Positions 19,397 to 28,860 of a stretch of DNA of 64,000 bases are shown piece after piece (position 1 is the first letter of the stretch; every line of letters starts with the position of its first letter). Position numbers and translations under genes: made by a program. This DNA is from Candidatus Latescibacterota bacterium (GTDB taxonomy: Bacteria; Latescibacterota; UBA2968). The notes under the pieces are model-generated. The model searched no databases. It had not been told where the DNA came from and saw nothing but the letters and a program-made list of their open reading frames with translations. The stretch is from assembly GCA_965207885.1 (NCBI GenBank), contig OZ242311.1:3200001-3264000 (forward strand), given 5' to 3'.

Positions 19397-21691
19397 TCAG
19401 CCTGTCCCATTTCCCCCATTTTTTGCCCACAATGCCTTGAGAACTTCGCCCGGTGACATGGGCAAAGTTGTCATTCTCACACCCACAGCATCGTAAATCG
19501 CATTTGCAACTGCAGCAGCAGGTGGAACAATTGGCACTTCTCCCACCCCTCGCACACCATAGGGGTGGCCGGGATTTGGCACTTCGACGATATGGGTTTC
19601 AATCATGGGCAAATCGAGACATGTGGGCATCCGATAATCGAGCAAACTCGCATTGGTCAAAAGTCCATCTCCATTATAGGCGTATTCTTCGTTGAGTGCC
19701 CAGCCAATGCCCTGTGCTGTGCCTCCTTGCATTTGTCCCTCGACATAACCGGGGTAAACAGCTTTGCCAGCATCTTGAATCATAGAGACGCGCAAAATCT
19801 CCACTTTGCCCGTTTCGGTATCGACCTCAATATCGACAATCATTACCGCAAAAGCCCCGCCCACGCCGGACGGATTTACGGTTGCCCTGCCCATAACGGG
19901 ACCACCGGTTTCGTCAAGCATTCCTGCCAACTCTTTGAACGATATGGTCTTAGAAGAATCAGATGAAGAAAATGTGCCATCGTCAAAAACCACATCATCC
20001 GTAGAGATCTCCCACAATTTTGCCGCGCGCTCAATCAACTGCTCCTTGATATCCAGGGCGCACTGATAAGCCGCCCACCCTGTAGCAAATGTCGTGCGAC
20101 TTCCCCCGGTCACATCTGTATCGCCGATAGAATCCGTATCAACGACCTGTGGCTTGACGTCTTCGGCCCGAATGCCGAGCACTTCGGCCAATTGCATCGC
20201 AATAGACGTTCGGGTTCCGCCAATATCCGTAGAACCCTCGACCAGACTGACCGTACCATCGGAATTTACACTGGCAGCGGCACTCGACTTCAACCCCACG
20301 TTGAACCAGAAACCCGAAGCAATCCCGCGCCCGCGATTTTTGCCGTTGACTTGCGTCGCGTAGTGCTCTGAAGAAAGGGCTGTTTTGACACACTCCTCGT
20401 TACCGATTCTCGGATAAACCGGCCCATCTGCGCGTCGCGTGCCTTCTCTGGCAGAATTTTTGAGCCTAAACTCAAGTGGATCAACATCCAATTGCTCGCA
20501 AATCTCGTCGATAATCGTTTCTGAAGCAAAAGCGGCATTGGTCGCACCGGGTGCCCTGTAGGCCATGGTCTGCGGTTTATTGACCAGCACCTCGTAACCG
20601 TCAATCAGCACATTGGGAATATTGTAGGGCGCGAAAATGCACATGGCCCCTGGCGCTGCCCAACTACCGGGGAAACCACCCGACTCATACGCCATATACG
20701 CATATGCGGCGACAATCTTACCCGCTTTATCAACCCCCATTTTGCACTTGATAAAAGAGCCAGCGGTCGGGCCAGTTGCCTGCAAAACTTCCGTGCGACT
20801 CATGACCATCTTGACGGGGCGTCCCGTCTTTCTCGACAGAACCGCGGCCAGAGGTTCGAGATAAATCCGAATTTTGCCCCCAAATCCACCGCCAATTTCC
20901 ATGGGCACGACTTTGACTTGTGAAACCGGCACATCCAATATCTGTGCAGTCTGTTCGCGCACGGTAAATGCGCCCTGCGTGCTGCACCACACTATGATCT
21001 GATCATCAGCACCCCACAAGGCCGTGGCATTTTGGGGTTCGATATACCCCTGGTGAACCGTCGCAGTATCAAATTCTCGCTCGATGACGAGTTCTGCCTC
21101 TGCAAATCCCTTCTCCACGTCGCCCAATTCGTGGCGAAAATGGGTACAAACATTGCTCTTTTGACCCGTATCTTCGCCCAGCGACTGCGTGGTCTGGTCC
21201 TCCAGAAGCAAAGGCGCGTCCTCTTTCATGGCTTCGTGGACAGTCAAAACAGGTTGCAACACCTCGTATTCGACATTGATCAAATCAACTGCTTCCTGTG
21301 CCGTATGAATATCTGTTGCCGCAACCGCAGCGACTGCATGGCCGTGATACAATACCTTGCCGTCGGCCAGCACATTTGCGCGCAGATGCTGAAGATTGGC
21401 AGCACCTTCACCGAGGTCTTCAATTTTGTCTTCTTGCAAAGGCAGGTCTTCAACGGTAATCACGGCTTTTACACCTGCAAGCGCTTCTGCCTTGCTCGTA
21501 TCTATCGATTTGATCCGCGCATGCGCATGGGGGCTGCGCAGAACTGCCCCATGCAACATGCCTGCCATATCGATATCTGCACCGTATTTTGCCCGACCAA
21601 CGACTTTATCGACGCCATCGTGCCGTATCGGACGGGTGCCAATAACTTTGTAATCCGTAATGCCCAGATAATCTTCTGTTTTTGTCGCCAT
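19397..21691 (-). CDS. Molybdenum hydroxylase large (Moco) subunit, xanthine dehydrogenase family
   Basis: VHQGYIEP, GGGFGGK, AYRAPG, EGQMQGG, GVRGVGE. Confidence 0.93.
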   Translation of the reverse strand: MATKTEDYLGITDYKVIGTRPIRHDGVDKVVGRAKYGADIDMAGMLHGAVLRSPHAHARIKSIDTSKAEALAGVKAVITVEDLPLQEDKIEDLGEGAANLQHLRANVLADGKVLYHGHAVAAVAATDIHTAQEAVDLINVEYEVLQPVLTVHEAMKEDAPLLLEDQTTQSLGEDTGQKSNVCTHFRHELGDVEKGFAEAELVIEREFDTATVHQGYIEPQNATALWGADDQIIVWCSTQGAFTVREQTAQILDVPVSQVKVVPMEIGGGFGGKIRIYLEPLAAVLSRKTGRPVKMVMSRTEVLQATGPTAGSFIKCKMGVDKAGKIVAAYAYMAYESGGFPGSWAAPGAMCIFAPYNIPNVLIDGYEVLVNKPQTMAYRAPGATNAAFASETIIDEICEQLDVDPLEFRLKNSAREGTRRADGPVYPRIGNEECVKTALSSEHYATQVNGKNRGRGIASGFWFNVGLKSSAAASVNSDGTVSLVEGSTDIGGTRTSIAMQLAEVLGIRAEDVKPQVVDTDSIGDTDVTGGSRTTFATGWAAYQCALDIKEQLIERAAKLWEISTDDVVFDDGTFSSSDSSKTISFKELAGMLDETGGPVMGRATVNPSGVGGAFAVMIVDIEVDTETGKVEILRVSMIQDAGKAVYPGYVEGQMQGGTAQGIGWALNEEYAYNGDGLLTNASLLDYRMPTCLDLPMIETHIVEVPNPGHPYGVRGVGEVPIVPPAAAVANAIYDAVGVRMTTLPMSPGEVLKALWAKNGGNGTG

Positions 21692-21706
21692 TATGGGATC
21701 ACCTCC

Positions 21707-22183
21707 CTATTCGGCCATTTCAGACGCGGCGTCTTGCACCGCGCGAACAATTTTGTCATACCCCGTGCAACGGCACAGATTCCCCGCTAAGTACAACCGA
21801 ATGCGTTCTTCTGAAGGATCAGACTCTTGATCGAGCAATGCCTTGGCAGCTACAATAAAGCCCGGCGTGCAAATGCCGCACTGAAGAGCTGCGTGTTCGA
21901 GGAATTTCTGCTGAAGAGGGTGTAAGCCATCGGCACTTGCAACGCCTTCAATCGTCGTGAGTTCCTGCCCTTCGGCTTCGACAGCCATCATCAGGCAGGA
22001 ATCGATAACCTCTCCATTGACCAGTATGCTACACGCGCCGCAGTTGCCATTGCTGCAACCCTCTTTCGTGCCCGTAAGATCGAGTTGATCCCGCAAAACT
22101 TCGAGAATTGTCTGCCGAGGTTCGCACAAAAACTCGGCCGATTCTCCGTTGATTGTCGTTGTAACGTGAACTTTTCCTGGCAT
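21707..22183 (-). CDS. Molybdenum hydroxylase 2Fe-2S subunit (CoxS-like)
   Basis: GTKEGCSNGNCGAC, QCGICTPG, GNLCRCTGY. Confidence 0.95.
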   Translation of the reverse strand: MPGKVHVTTTINGESAEFLCEPRQTILEVLRDQLDLTGTKEGCSNGNCGACSILVNGEVIDSCLMMAVEAEGQELTTIEGVASADGLHPLQQKFLEHAALQCGICTPGFIVAAKALLDQESDPSEERIRLYLAGNLCRCTGYDKIVRAVQDAASEMAE

Positions 22184-22187
22184 GCGA

Positions 22188-23063
22188 TTAAGACTCCTTT
22201 GCTCTCTGAATGGCTCCCTGAATGGCGCGGCGCGTCAAAACGCCGGACAGGTGAATCCGCTGTTCGATAGTTCCCCGCATATCGCTAATAGGCCTGGCTG
22301 CTGCGCGCGATGCCGCACACGCCGCTTCTATAGCGTCTTCGTCATCTACTGCTTTCCCCACGAGTGCTGCGCCCGCATCGGCAACGAGCAAGGGAGTGGG
22401 GGCAACAGCTCCAATTGACACCCGTGCCTCTTGAATAGTCGTTTTACCGCTGTCCAAAACCACAGAGGCCGCAGCATTGGCGACTGCGATATCCATTTCA
22501 TTGCGCGGAATAAATCGCAGGAAAAACGCCCCCGAATTGGCAGCTGGAGTTGGCACCTGAATAGAAATGAGAAACTCGCCAGATTGAAGAACACTTTGCC
22601 CCGGACCAGTAAAAAAATCCTCTGCTGCAACTTCTCGCGTGCCATTTGGTCCCGCAATACGGCATATGCCCCCCAAAACAATGACAGCAGGTGGGGTATC
22701 AGCTGCGGGCGAGGCATTGCAGAAATTGCCCCCAACAGATCCGCGATTTTGAATCTGAATAGAACCGATGAGCGAAGTACAATCCACAAGAGCGGGATAA
22801 CGGCTTGCGACAACATCGTAACCGTAAATTTTGGAACACGATGTTGCAGCGCCAATAGACAAACCGCTGTCCTCATCAAAACTCAACGCCGTTGCTTCGG
22901 GAATCTGCTTGAGATCGATCATCAAATCGATCTTGCGCCCCTCCTTCAACTGCGCGATCAAGTCCGTGCCACCCGCCAGAATGCCGACATTGCCATTTCC
23001 CGCGCCGAGCAGAGAAATAGCCTCATCTACAGACTGAGGTGCTTCATAATCAAATGCGTTCAA
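22188..23063 (-). CDS. Molybdenum hydroxylase FAD subunit (CoxM-like)
   Basis: LAGGTDL, QIQNRGSVGGN, ASPAAD. TTG start after GAGGAGG. Confidence 0.93.
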   Translation of the reverse strand: MNAFDYEAPQSVDEAISLLGAGNGNVGILAGGTDLIAQLKEGRKIDLMIDLKQIPEATALSFDEDSGLSIGAATSCSKIYGYDVVASRYPALVDCTSLIGSIQIQNRGSVGGNFCNASPAADTPPAVIVLGGICRIAGPNGTREVAAEDFFTGPGQSVLQSGEFLISIQVPTPAANSGAFFLRFIPRNEMDIAVANAAASVVLDSGKTTIQEARVSIGAVAPTPLLVADAGAALVGKAVDDEDAIEAACAASRAAARPISDMRGTIEQRIHLSGVLTRRAIQGAIQRAKES

Positions 23064-23154
23064 AATTTTCCTCCTCTTTATTAAAACCGACAGATTTTAT
23101 CTGCGTTCATTACCCATTCATCTGCGGATGCTTTTGAATTTTTCTGAGAAGTTA

Positions 23155-23183
23155 AGAATACAACCGGAGTTCCGGGCTGTCAA
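23155..23183 (-). promoter_or_regulatory. Sigma70-like promoter of Mo-hydroxylase operon 1
   Basis: TTGACA-N17-TATTCT. Confidence 0.65.
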
Positions 23184-23233
23184 GCCTTTTGGCGGGAGAG
23201 AATTAACGCTCTGAAAATGGATGTGTCAACCAC

Positions 23234-23302
23234 AAAAAAGCGGGCTTCCGCAAGACACTCAATCTGGTGGGAGGGGACCAGACTGAACGCTTGCGGAAGC
23301 CC
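23234..23302 (-). terminator. Long hairpin with C-rich loop and U-tract
   Basis: 13-bp GGGCTTCCGCAAG/CTTGCGGAAGCCC stem, inner stem, loop CCCCTCCC, then GCTTTTTT. Confidence 0.65.
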
Positions 23303-23355
23303 AAGACCAACTATCAGACCTTATACTTCATTGCGATAAACGCCTGTGTGATACA

Positions 23356-24441
23356 TTAGTTCCCAATATAGCCCTTAAGAACGACATACCCATCTTTTTG
23401 AGCCACGACCTCCCCCTGCCCAAAAACCCTGCGAATGTGTTTCAAATACGCTCCTGGACGCATCACAACAAGCATCAAACGCCCCCCCGGTCTCAGTGCC
23501 CTAAAAGCACCCTCAATAAGGGGATGTGCCGCAGTATTGCCATCGTGAAAGGGCGGATTTGAAATAATAAGATCGAATTTCTCGCGTCGATCAAAAACGC
23601 GGGCATCTCCCACACGGGCTACCGCATTGCAAATTCGATTTCGCCTCAAATTTTCCTCCGCACAGGAAACAGCGCGAATATTCGAATCTACGAGTGTTGC
23701 GCTACCTTTTACAGATAGACGCGCAGCAACCATGCCAAGTGCGCCCCAGCCACACCCCCAGTCCAGTACATGGTCGGTGGGCCGAACTTCCATGCAGTTG
23801 ATTAGCAATCTCGTCCCGTTATCGAGTCCATCCCGTGAAAAAACACCTGCACGGGTTTCAACGCTGTATGGACTGCCCGGCAAATCGCGCAATTCAAATG
23901 TCATTCGATTATCAACAGGTGCTTGATGAGGACCATCCTGCTCCTTTTTCGCGCTGTAAACTTCCACTCTGCCCACGCGCCCTGCGCGTCTGCTATTGCC
24001 AAAAACCGCATGCAAATACGCGGCATAACTTCTAATGCCGCGATTTCGCTGGCCCGCCAGATAAAGCGCGCCACCCATTTCAAGCGTCTGAAAGCTCTGA
24101 TCAATCCATTCAAATACCTGACCTTTAGCAGATCTTTGTGCGGGTTTGTAAAATACGACATGCGCGTCGGAAATCACCTGCGCGGGCATTGCACTGAGCA
24201 CCCCCTCCACCCGAAGAGCTTCTGCCTTTTGCACAGCGCGAATATCCTCCCCCACAAAAGTCACTCGAGCACCTGTTTTCTGTAAGCATTCGAGACAGTC
24301 TCCCTCCCAGCCGAGATCCAAGACCTGAGTACTGGCCTGCAAATCTGCTGCTGCAACAAATGCCTCGCGTGCTTGTGTGTCTTTTGCTTTAATCACTTGT
24401 AAACCACTTTGCCACAATATAAAAGGAGGATTATATTCCAT
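23356..24441 (-). CDS. SAM-dependent methyltransferase, RsmC/RlmG-like
   Basis: GVFSRDGLDNGTRLL, LDWGCGWG, SNPPFH, plus a degenerate N-terminal methyltransferase domain. Confidence 0.88.
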   Translation of the reverse strand: MEYNPPFILWQSGLQVIKAKDTQAREAFVAAADLQASTQVLDLGWEGDCLECLQKTGARVTFVGEDIRAVQKAEALRVEGVLSAMPAQVISDAHVVFYKPAQRSAKGQVFEWIDQSFQTLEMGGALYLAGQRNRGIRSYAAYLHAVFGNSRRAGRVGRVEVYSAKKEQDGPHQAPVDNRMTFELRDLPGSPYSVETRAGVFSRDGLDNGTRLLINCMEVRPTDHVLDWGCGWGALGMVAARLSVKGSATLVDSNIRAVSCAEENLRRNRICNAVARVGDARVFDRREKFDLIISNPPFHDGNTAAHPLIEGAFRALRPGGRLMLVVMRPGAYLKHIRRVFGQGEVVAQKDGYVVLKGYIGN

Positions 24442-24468
24442 TTCTCTTCAAATGAAATAATCGAGCTA

Positions 24469-24906
24469 CTACTCCGCCCGCGCCTTAATAGCCGCATAGG
24501 AATTGGAATCATTGACATCGGTTTCGACAGGCAAATTGGAATCGCGCCATCCCACCACTACGAGAACGCCATTTTCGACTTTTCCACCAAAGCCACCCTG
24601 AACATTGGCGAGATTCGAATACCCCAACCGCGCCATCAAATCCGCGGCCATCTGGGAACGCATCCCGCTCTGACAGCCACAAAAAATGGGCTGTTCTTTA
24701 TCGGGTAGTATTTTTTGCACAACATTCAAAAAATCGGGATTTGGCACCATGCCTGCCGGGCCGGGAACTGCAATGGGGATATTGATAGCGCCTGGGGGAT
24801 GCCCCTGTGCAAATTCCATTTCTGTGCGCACATCGAGATAAACCGAATTTTTTGCCTCATCCATCGCGGCTTTTGCTTCTCCGGGTTCAAGCTGTTTAAC
24901 TGCCAT
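24469..24906 (-). CDS. Rhodanese-like domain protein
   Basis: LDVRTEMEFAQGHPPGAINIP, CQSGMRS. Confidence 0.92.
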   Translation of the reverse strand: MAVKQLEPGEAKAAMDEAKNSVYLDVRTEMEFAQGHPPGAINIPIAVPGPAGMVPNPDFLNVVQKILPDKEQPIFCGCQSGMRSQMAADLMARLGYSNLANVQGGFGGKVENGVLVVVGWRDSNLPVETDVNDSNSYAAIKARAE

Positions 24907-25090
24907 ATTAAACTCCAATATAGAGGTGATTACTTCTGGAATATATTGCTTACAAAATAAGCAAAATCATGGGTGGGGCAAGTCCTGAATCTCGTTTGGG
25001 CATTTACTGCGTTTCAGTTCTTTACTCTTGTCGCTGGATATATTACTTTGGGTTTCAATAATCAAAATAGTTTACAGGAGGACCATAGAG

Positions 25091-26113
25091 ATGGCCAAAG
25101 AAAACACACTGAGGGTCGCTGTTGCGGGTTGCCACCGCATGCTGTTGCGCGATTTGACCCATCACAATTTTGCCGCGGCTTTTCGAGCCATCCCGGAAAC
25201 TGAGATCGTTGGTGTATTCGATTACGGTGCGGAAACGCGAGCGGAATTTGTCACCTGCTGGCAGGACGTTTGGGGCGATATCCCAACCTTTGGTAACTAT
25301 GAACACATGCTCAAAGGAATCAAACCAGATGTAATCTGCATTGCCACGCGCCAGACCATGCACGCCGATCAAATCGAAGCCGCTGCCGCAGCAGGCGTTC
25401 GGGGTATTCTCTGCGACAAGCCTCTGGCTACAACTCTTGCGGAAATGGATCGCATTATATCTGCGTGTGCGGACATCCCTCTCTGCTTTGGTCTTGACCG
25501 GCGCTGGTCTCTCCCCTATCGCCACCTTCGCCGGGACATGAGCGATCTGATCGGAACCATCACGAGTCTCGTCGCTTATGGCCTGCCCAACACCATCAAT
25601 CACGGTTGTCATTGGTACGACGCCTTGCTGGGTCTATTGGGCGATCCCGAACCCTTATGGGTCAGCGGTCTGATTGACCACGGCGATTCGGACGATGAAC
25701 GCCGCAAACTCGACCCGCCTGCACGTGCTCAAATTGGTATGGACAATGGCGTTGTCGCCTACATTACAATGGATGGCGGCAAAGGCCCCAGTTTTCAAAT
25801 CACAGGAAAAAAAGGGCATCTATCCATCCTCTCTGACGCAACGCACGCCCATCTCTGCCAAGAAGATACTTACCAGTCCCTCAGTCTTCCCACAGACAAA
25901 GACCCGTGGCCGACGGGACCTGCGATGGTGCGCGATCTCGTGCAAGCTATTAAAACGGGTGGTCGCACGGCCTGTGACATCAATCATGTGCGCAGAGCCA
26001 CAGAGATCGGATTTGCCATCCACCATTCCTCAAAGCAAGGGGGTGCGAAAATCGCCCTGTCAGATGTGGATCGATCCCTACGAGTGGAATCATACCCCTG
26101 GGGAAATGAATAG
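25091..26113 (+). CDS. Gfo/Idh/MocA family oxidoreductase
   Basis: LRVAVAGC, DVICIAT, CDKP. Start at MAKENT after AGGAGG. Confidence 0.88.
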   Translation: MAKENTLRVAVAGCHRMLLRDLTHHNFAAAFRAIPETEIVGVFDYGAETRAEFVTCWQDVWGDIPTFGNYEHMLKGIKPDVICIATRQTMHADQIEAAAAAGVRGILCDKPLATTLAEMDRIISACADIPLCFGLDRRWSLPYRHLRRDMSDLIGTITSLVAYGLPNTINHGCHWYDALLGLLGDPEPLWVSGLIDHGDSDDERRKLDPPARAQIGMDNGVVAYITMDGGKGPSFQITGKKGHLSILSDATHAHLCQEDTYQSLSLPTDKDPWPTGPAMVRDLVQAIKTGGRTACDINHVRRATEIGFAIHHSSKQGGAKIALSDVDRSLRVESYPWGNE

Positions 26114-26182
26114 CTATAAAATACTCTTGGATAAATATAGTTTTAATACACTTACACACTGCTCTTCCCAAAGGAGATCCCA

Positions 26183-27586
26183 ATGTCAGACCCTATGAAC
26201 ATCGTCGTCATCGTAGCCGATACATTTCGCACATCATTCCTGGGTGCTTACGGAAATGACTGGATCCACACGCCGAACCTCGACCAATTTGCCGAAGAGG
26301 GCGTGCACTTCACCAATGCCCATCCCGAGTGCCTGCCCACCATCCCGACGCGGCGAACCCTTCACACCGGACGCCGAGCCTTTCCCTTCAAAGACTATAG
26401 TCCCGTTCCCTGGGACAATGTCTATCTCGCCGGATGGCAACCCATGTCGGGTGATGAGGGTACAATCGCCGAAGCCCTCGTGCAGGCTGGTTATCACACC
26501 GGTTTCTTTGCCGATGTCCCCCATTACTTTGTTCCCGGAATGAATTTTACGCGGGGCTTCCGCCAATGGCAATTCATTCGTGGCCAAGCAGAGGACCGCT
26601 ATCGCGCCATAGCCGCAGCAGACCCGGCATTGATCGAATGCTATAAACTCAGAGAAGGACAGCCTCAGAATCTGATCCGCGCCCATCTGGTCAATGTGCA
26701 ACCCCAGCGTCCCGAAGAGACATGGCCCGCAGCGCGGACGTTTCGCGCTGCCATTGAGTTCCTCGAGCAAAACGCTTCAAACACACCCTTTTACCTTTAC
26801 GTCGATAGCTTTACCCCCCACGAAACATGGGAAGCACCACTCCACTACTACGACCTGTATGGTAGCCGCGAAGATAGAGTACCCATTTGTCTCAATGTGC
26901 CTTATGGTCCCCTGAGCGCCAATCCCGACTATGAAGATCGACTCGCTTCTATTCGCGCCAACTACGCCGGGCTCGTCACAATGGTGGATACCTGGTTTGG
27001 ACGATTGGTCAATACAATCGACAGAGTGGGCTTGCGGGACAATACCATGGTCCTTTTTCTCAGCGACCACGGCACAAATTTTGCCGACAACGCCGAGGGC
27101 ATAATCGGCAAACCCGCAGACTACATGTATCCGGGCACCATGTGCATCCCGATGATCTTGCGACACCCACAAAACAAAGGCGCCGGAAGCATATCCGAGG
27201 CCTTTGTCTATACCCTCGATATACCCGCAACAGTGCTCGACATTTCCGGCGTCTCACCGATTGGACAAATCGATGGACAGAGCTTGCTACCCATCGTTGA
27301 ATCCTCGGGAACCTTCAGCGAGCGAGACTATCTGACCTGCCGATACGGCAATTCCGTCTGGTACAAAGACCATACCACATGGTTCTTTTCTCAGGCGGAC
27401 TTTTCCGGTCCACGTGTCTTCGACCTGGAATCAGACCCGGACTGCACCCAGAACATCGCCGAAAGAGCCGCAGATAGAATCGAACGGGCAAAATACTGCA
27501 TTCTCGAAGATGCCAGCGGCGAAATTCCCATCTACCAGCGCAAAAATTCCACCGACGCTCTCGGCCGGCCAGAATTTACTGTCTAA
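26183..27586 (+). CDS. Sulfatase-like hydrolase with non-canonical TIPTR motif
   Basis: NIVVIVADT, HTPNLD, CLPTIPTRRTLHTGR, FTPHETW, SDHG. Confidence 0.85.
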   Translation: MSDPMNIVVIVADTFRTSFLGAYGNDWIHTPNLDQFAEEGVHFTNAHPECLPTIPTRRTLHTGRRAFPFKDYSPVPWDNVYLAGWQPMSGDEGTIAEALVQAGYHTGFFADVPHYFVPGMNFTRGFRQWQFIRGQAEDRYRAIAAADPALIECYKLREGQPQNLIRAHLVNVQPQRPEETWPAARTFRAAIEFLEQNASNTPFYLYVDSFTPHETWEAPLHYYDLYGSREDRVPICLNVPYGPLSANPDYEDRLASIRANYAGLVTMVDTWFGRLVNTIDRVGLRDNTMVLFLSDHGTNFADNAEGIIGKPADYMYPGTMCIPMILRHPQNKGAGSISEAFVYTLDIPATVLDISGVSPIGQIDGQSLLPIVESSGTFSERDYLTCRYGNSVWYKDHTTWFFSQADFSGPRVFDLESDPDCTQNIAERAADRIERAKYCILEDASGEIPIYQRKNSTDALGRPEFTV

Positions 27587-27680
27587 AAGGCGTATTTTAC
27601 CCACTGCTCGGAGTGACCGTATCTGACGATCGCGTGTTGTCTCAACCTCTCTTAAAACCTCTGCCATAATACCTCTTGAT

Positions 27681-28829
27681 TTAATGGACTTCACGAAGTA
27701 TCTGTCTTAGCGCAAACTGCGATAAGGCGCGGGGATTGTTTTTTAGACGTTCCGTATTGACATTCTGCGCAAGTGTTTCCAGGTCTGCATCAGTATCCAC
27801 ACCGACCTGTCGCAGACGGGTTGGACAACCAATGGCGCTGATGAGATCATCAATGTGTTTTCGAGCTTCTTCAGAACTCGCAACCCCTATCAGCCTGTTG
27901 ATCTCTCTGATGTCTTTCTGAACTTGAGCAACACCTTTGGGATGCCAACAATCACCACTGACTACCCTATTGTTGTATATTAAGACTGCACCCAACGTCA
28001 GAGCCACAGCCAAACCGTGAGGCACGCCAAATTGAGATGTGAGCGTATAGGAAATCGCGTGAGGTGCTGTGGTCTTGCTGATATTGATCGCTTTGCCAGA
28101 TAGATGGGCAGCGCGGCACATATTAGCGCGTACATCGGGTGTGGGACGGTGAACAGCAGCCTCGAGATTATCGAGCACCAGTTCCAGAGCTTCACTTGCA
28201 AAAACACGCGATTGCGCGGTTGCATTCACACTCCACAAAGATTCAACAGCCTGTGACAGTGCGTCCAGGCCAGTATGTGCGGTAATAGAAGGTGGCAAAT
28301 TGGCCGTTAGACTGGGATCGATAATTGCGTAGTCGGGCAACACATTGGCGTGTGCAACGGAATATTTTTGTTCCCCGACATAAACCACAGCAAAATGAGT
28401 CGCTTCACTCCCCGTACCCGCTGTGGTGGGAATGGCGATTAATGGCGCGACTTTATCCCGAATCGGTATATCCCCTGTAAGAAGCTCGCGGTATTGATCC
28501 CGATGTGTACCGCAAATGCTAATGAGCTTGGCCATATCAATTGCAGATCCGCCACCTATGGCAATCATTATATCACCTGGATGTGTGTGCCAGAATTTGA
28601 CTCCGCGCACCACATCGGCGTATTTAGGATTAGGTGCAAAATCATTAAAGATGGCATGGCCGCGCCCCTGTAATGCGGATTCTATATACATTTTTGCGCC
28701 GGATTTATCGTAGGCTGTGCGATCAGCCACAACAAAAACAGACCGCGCGGCTCTATCATCTAACAAAGACTGCACAGTCTCAATAGCTCCGGGTGCCATG
28801 TAGATAATCTGTTTCACGAGACGATTCAT
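27681..28829 (-). CDS. Iron-containing alcohol dehydrogenase, phosphonoacetaldehyde reductase-like
   Basis: IGGGSAIDMAK, PTTAGTGSEATHFAV, DALSQAVESLWS, KTTAPHAISY, PHG, RLKNNP. Adjacent to phnX. Confidence 0.82.
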   Translation of the reverse strand: MNRLVKQIIYMAPGAIETVQSLLDDRAARSVFVVADRTAYDKSGAKMYIESALQGRGHAIFNDFAPNPKYADVVRGVKFWHTHPGDIMIAIGGGSAIDMAKLISICGTHRDQYRELLTGDIPIRDKVAPLIAIPTTAGTGSEATHFAVVYVGEQKYSVAHANVLPDYAIIDPSLTANLPPSITAHTGLDALSQAVESLWSVNATAQSRVFASEALELVLDNLEAAVHRPTPDVRANMCRAAHLSGKAINISKTTAPHAISYTLTSQFGVPHGLAVALTLGAVLIYNNRVVSGDCWHPKGVAQVQKDIREINRLIGVASSEEARKHIDDLISAIGCPTRLRQVGVDTDADLETLAQNVNTERLKNNPRALSQFALRQILREVH

Positions 28830-28860
28830 TTTTTTACCAATAAATCAGAAAGGACAGAAA

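Noticed and set aside
19397-23063. Aerobic CO dehydrogenase (coxMSL)
   Set aside because: The gene order fits, but the active-site loop is AYRAPG rather than AYxCSFR (form I) or AYxGAGR (form II), and no coxDEFG genes are adjacent. Called a generic Mo-hydroxylase.
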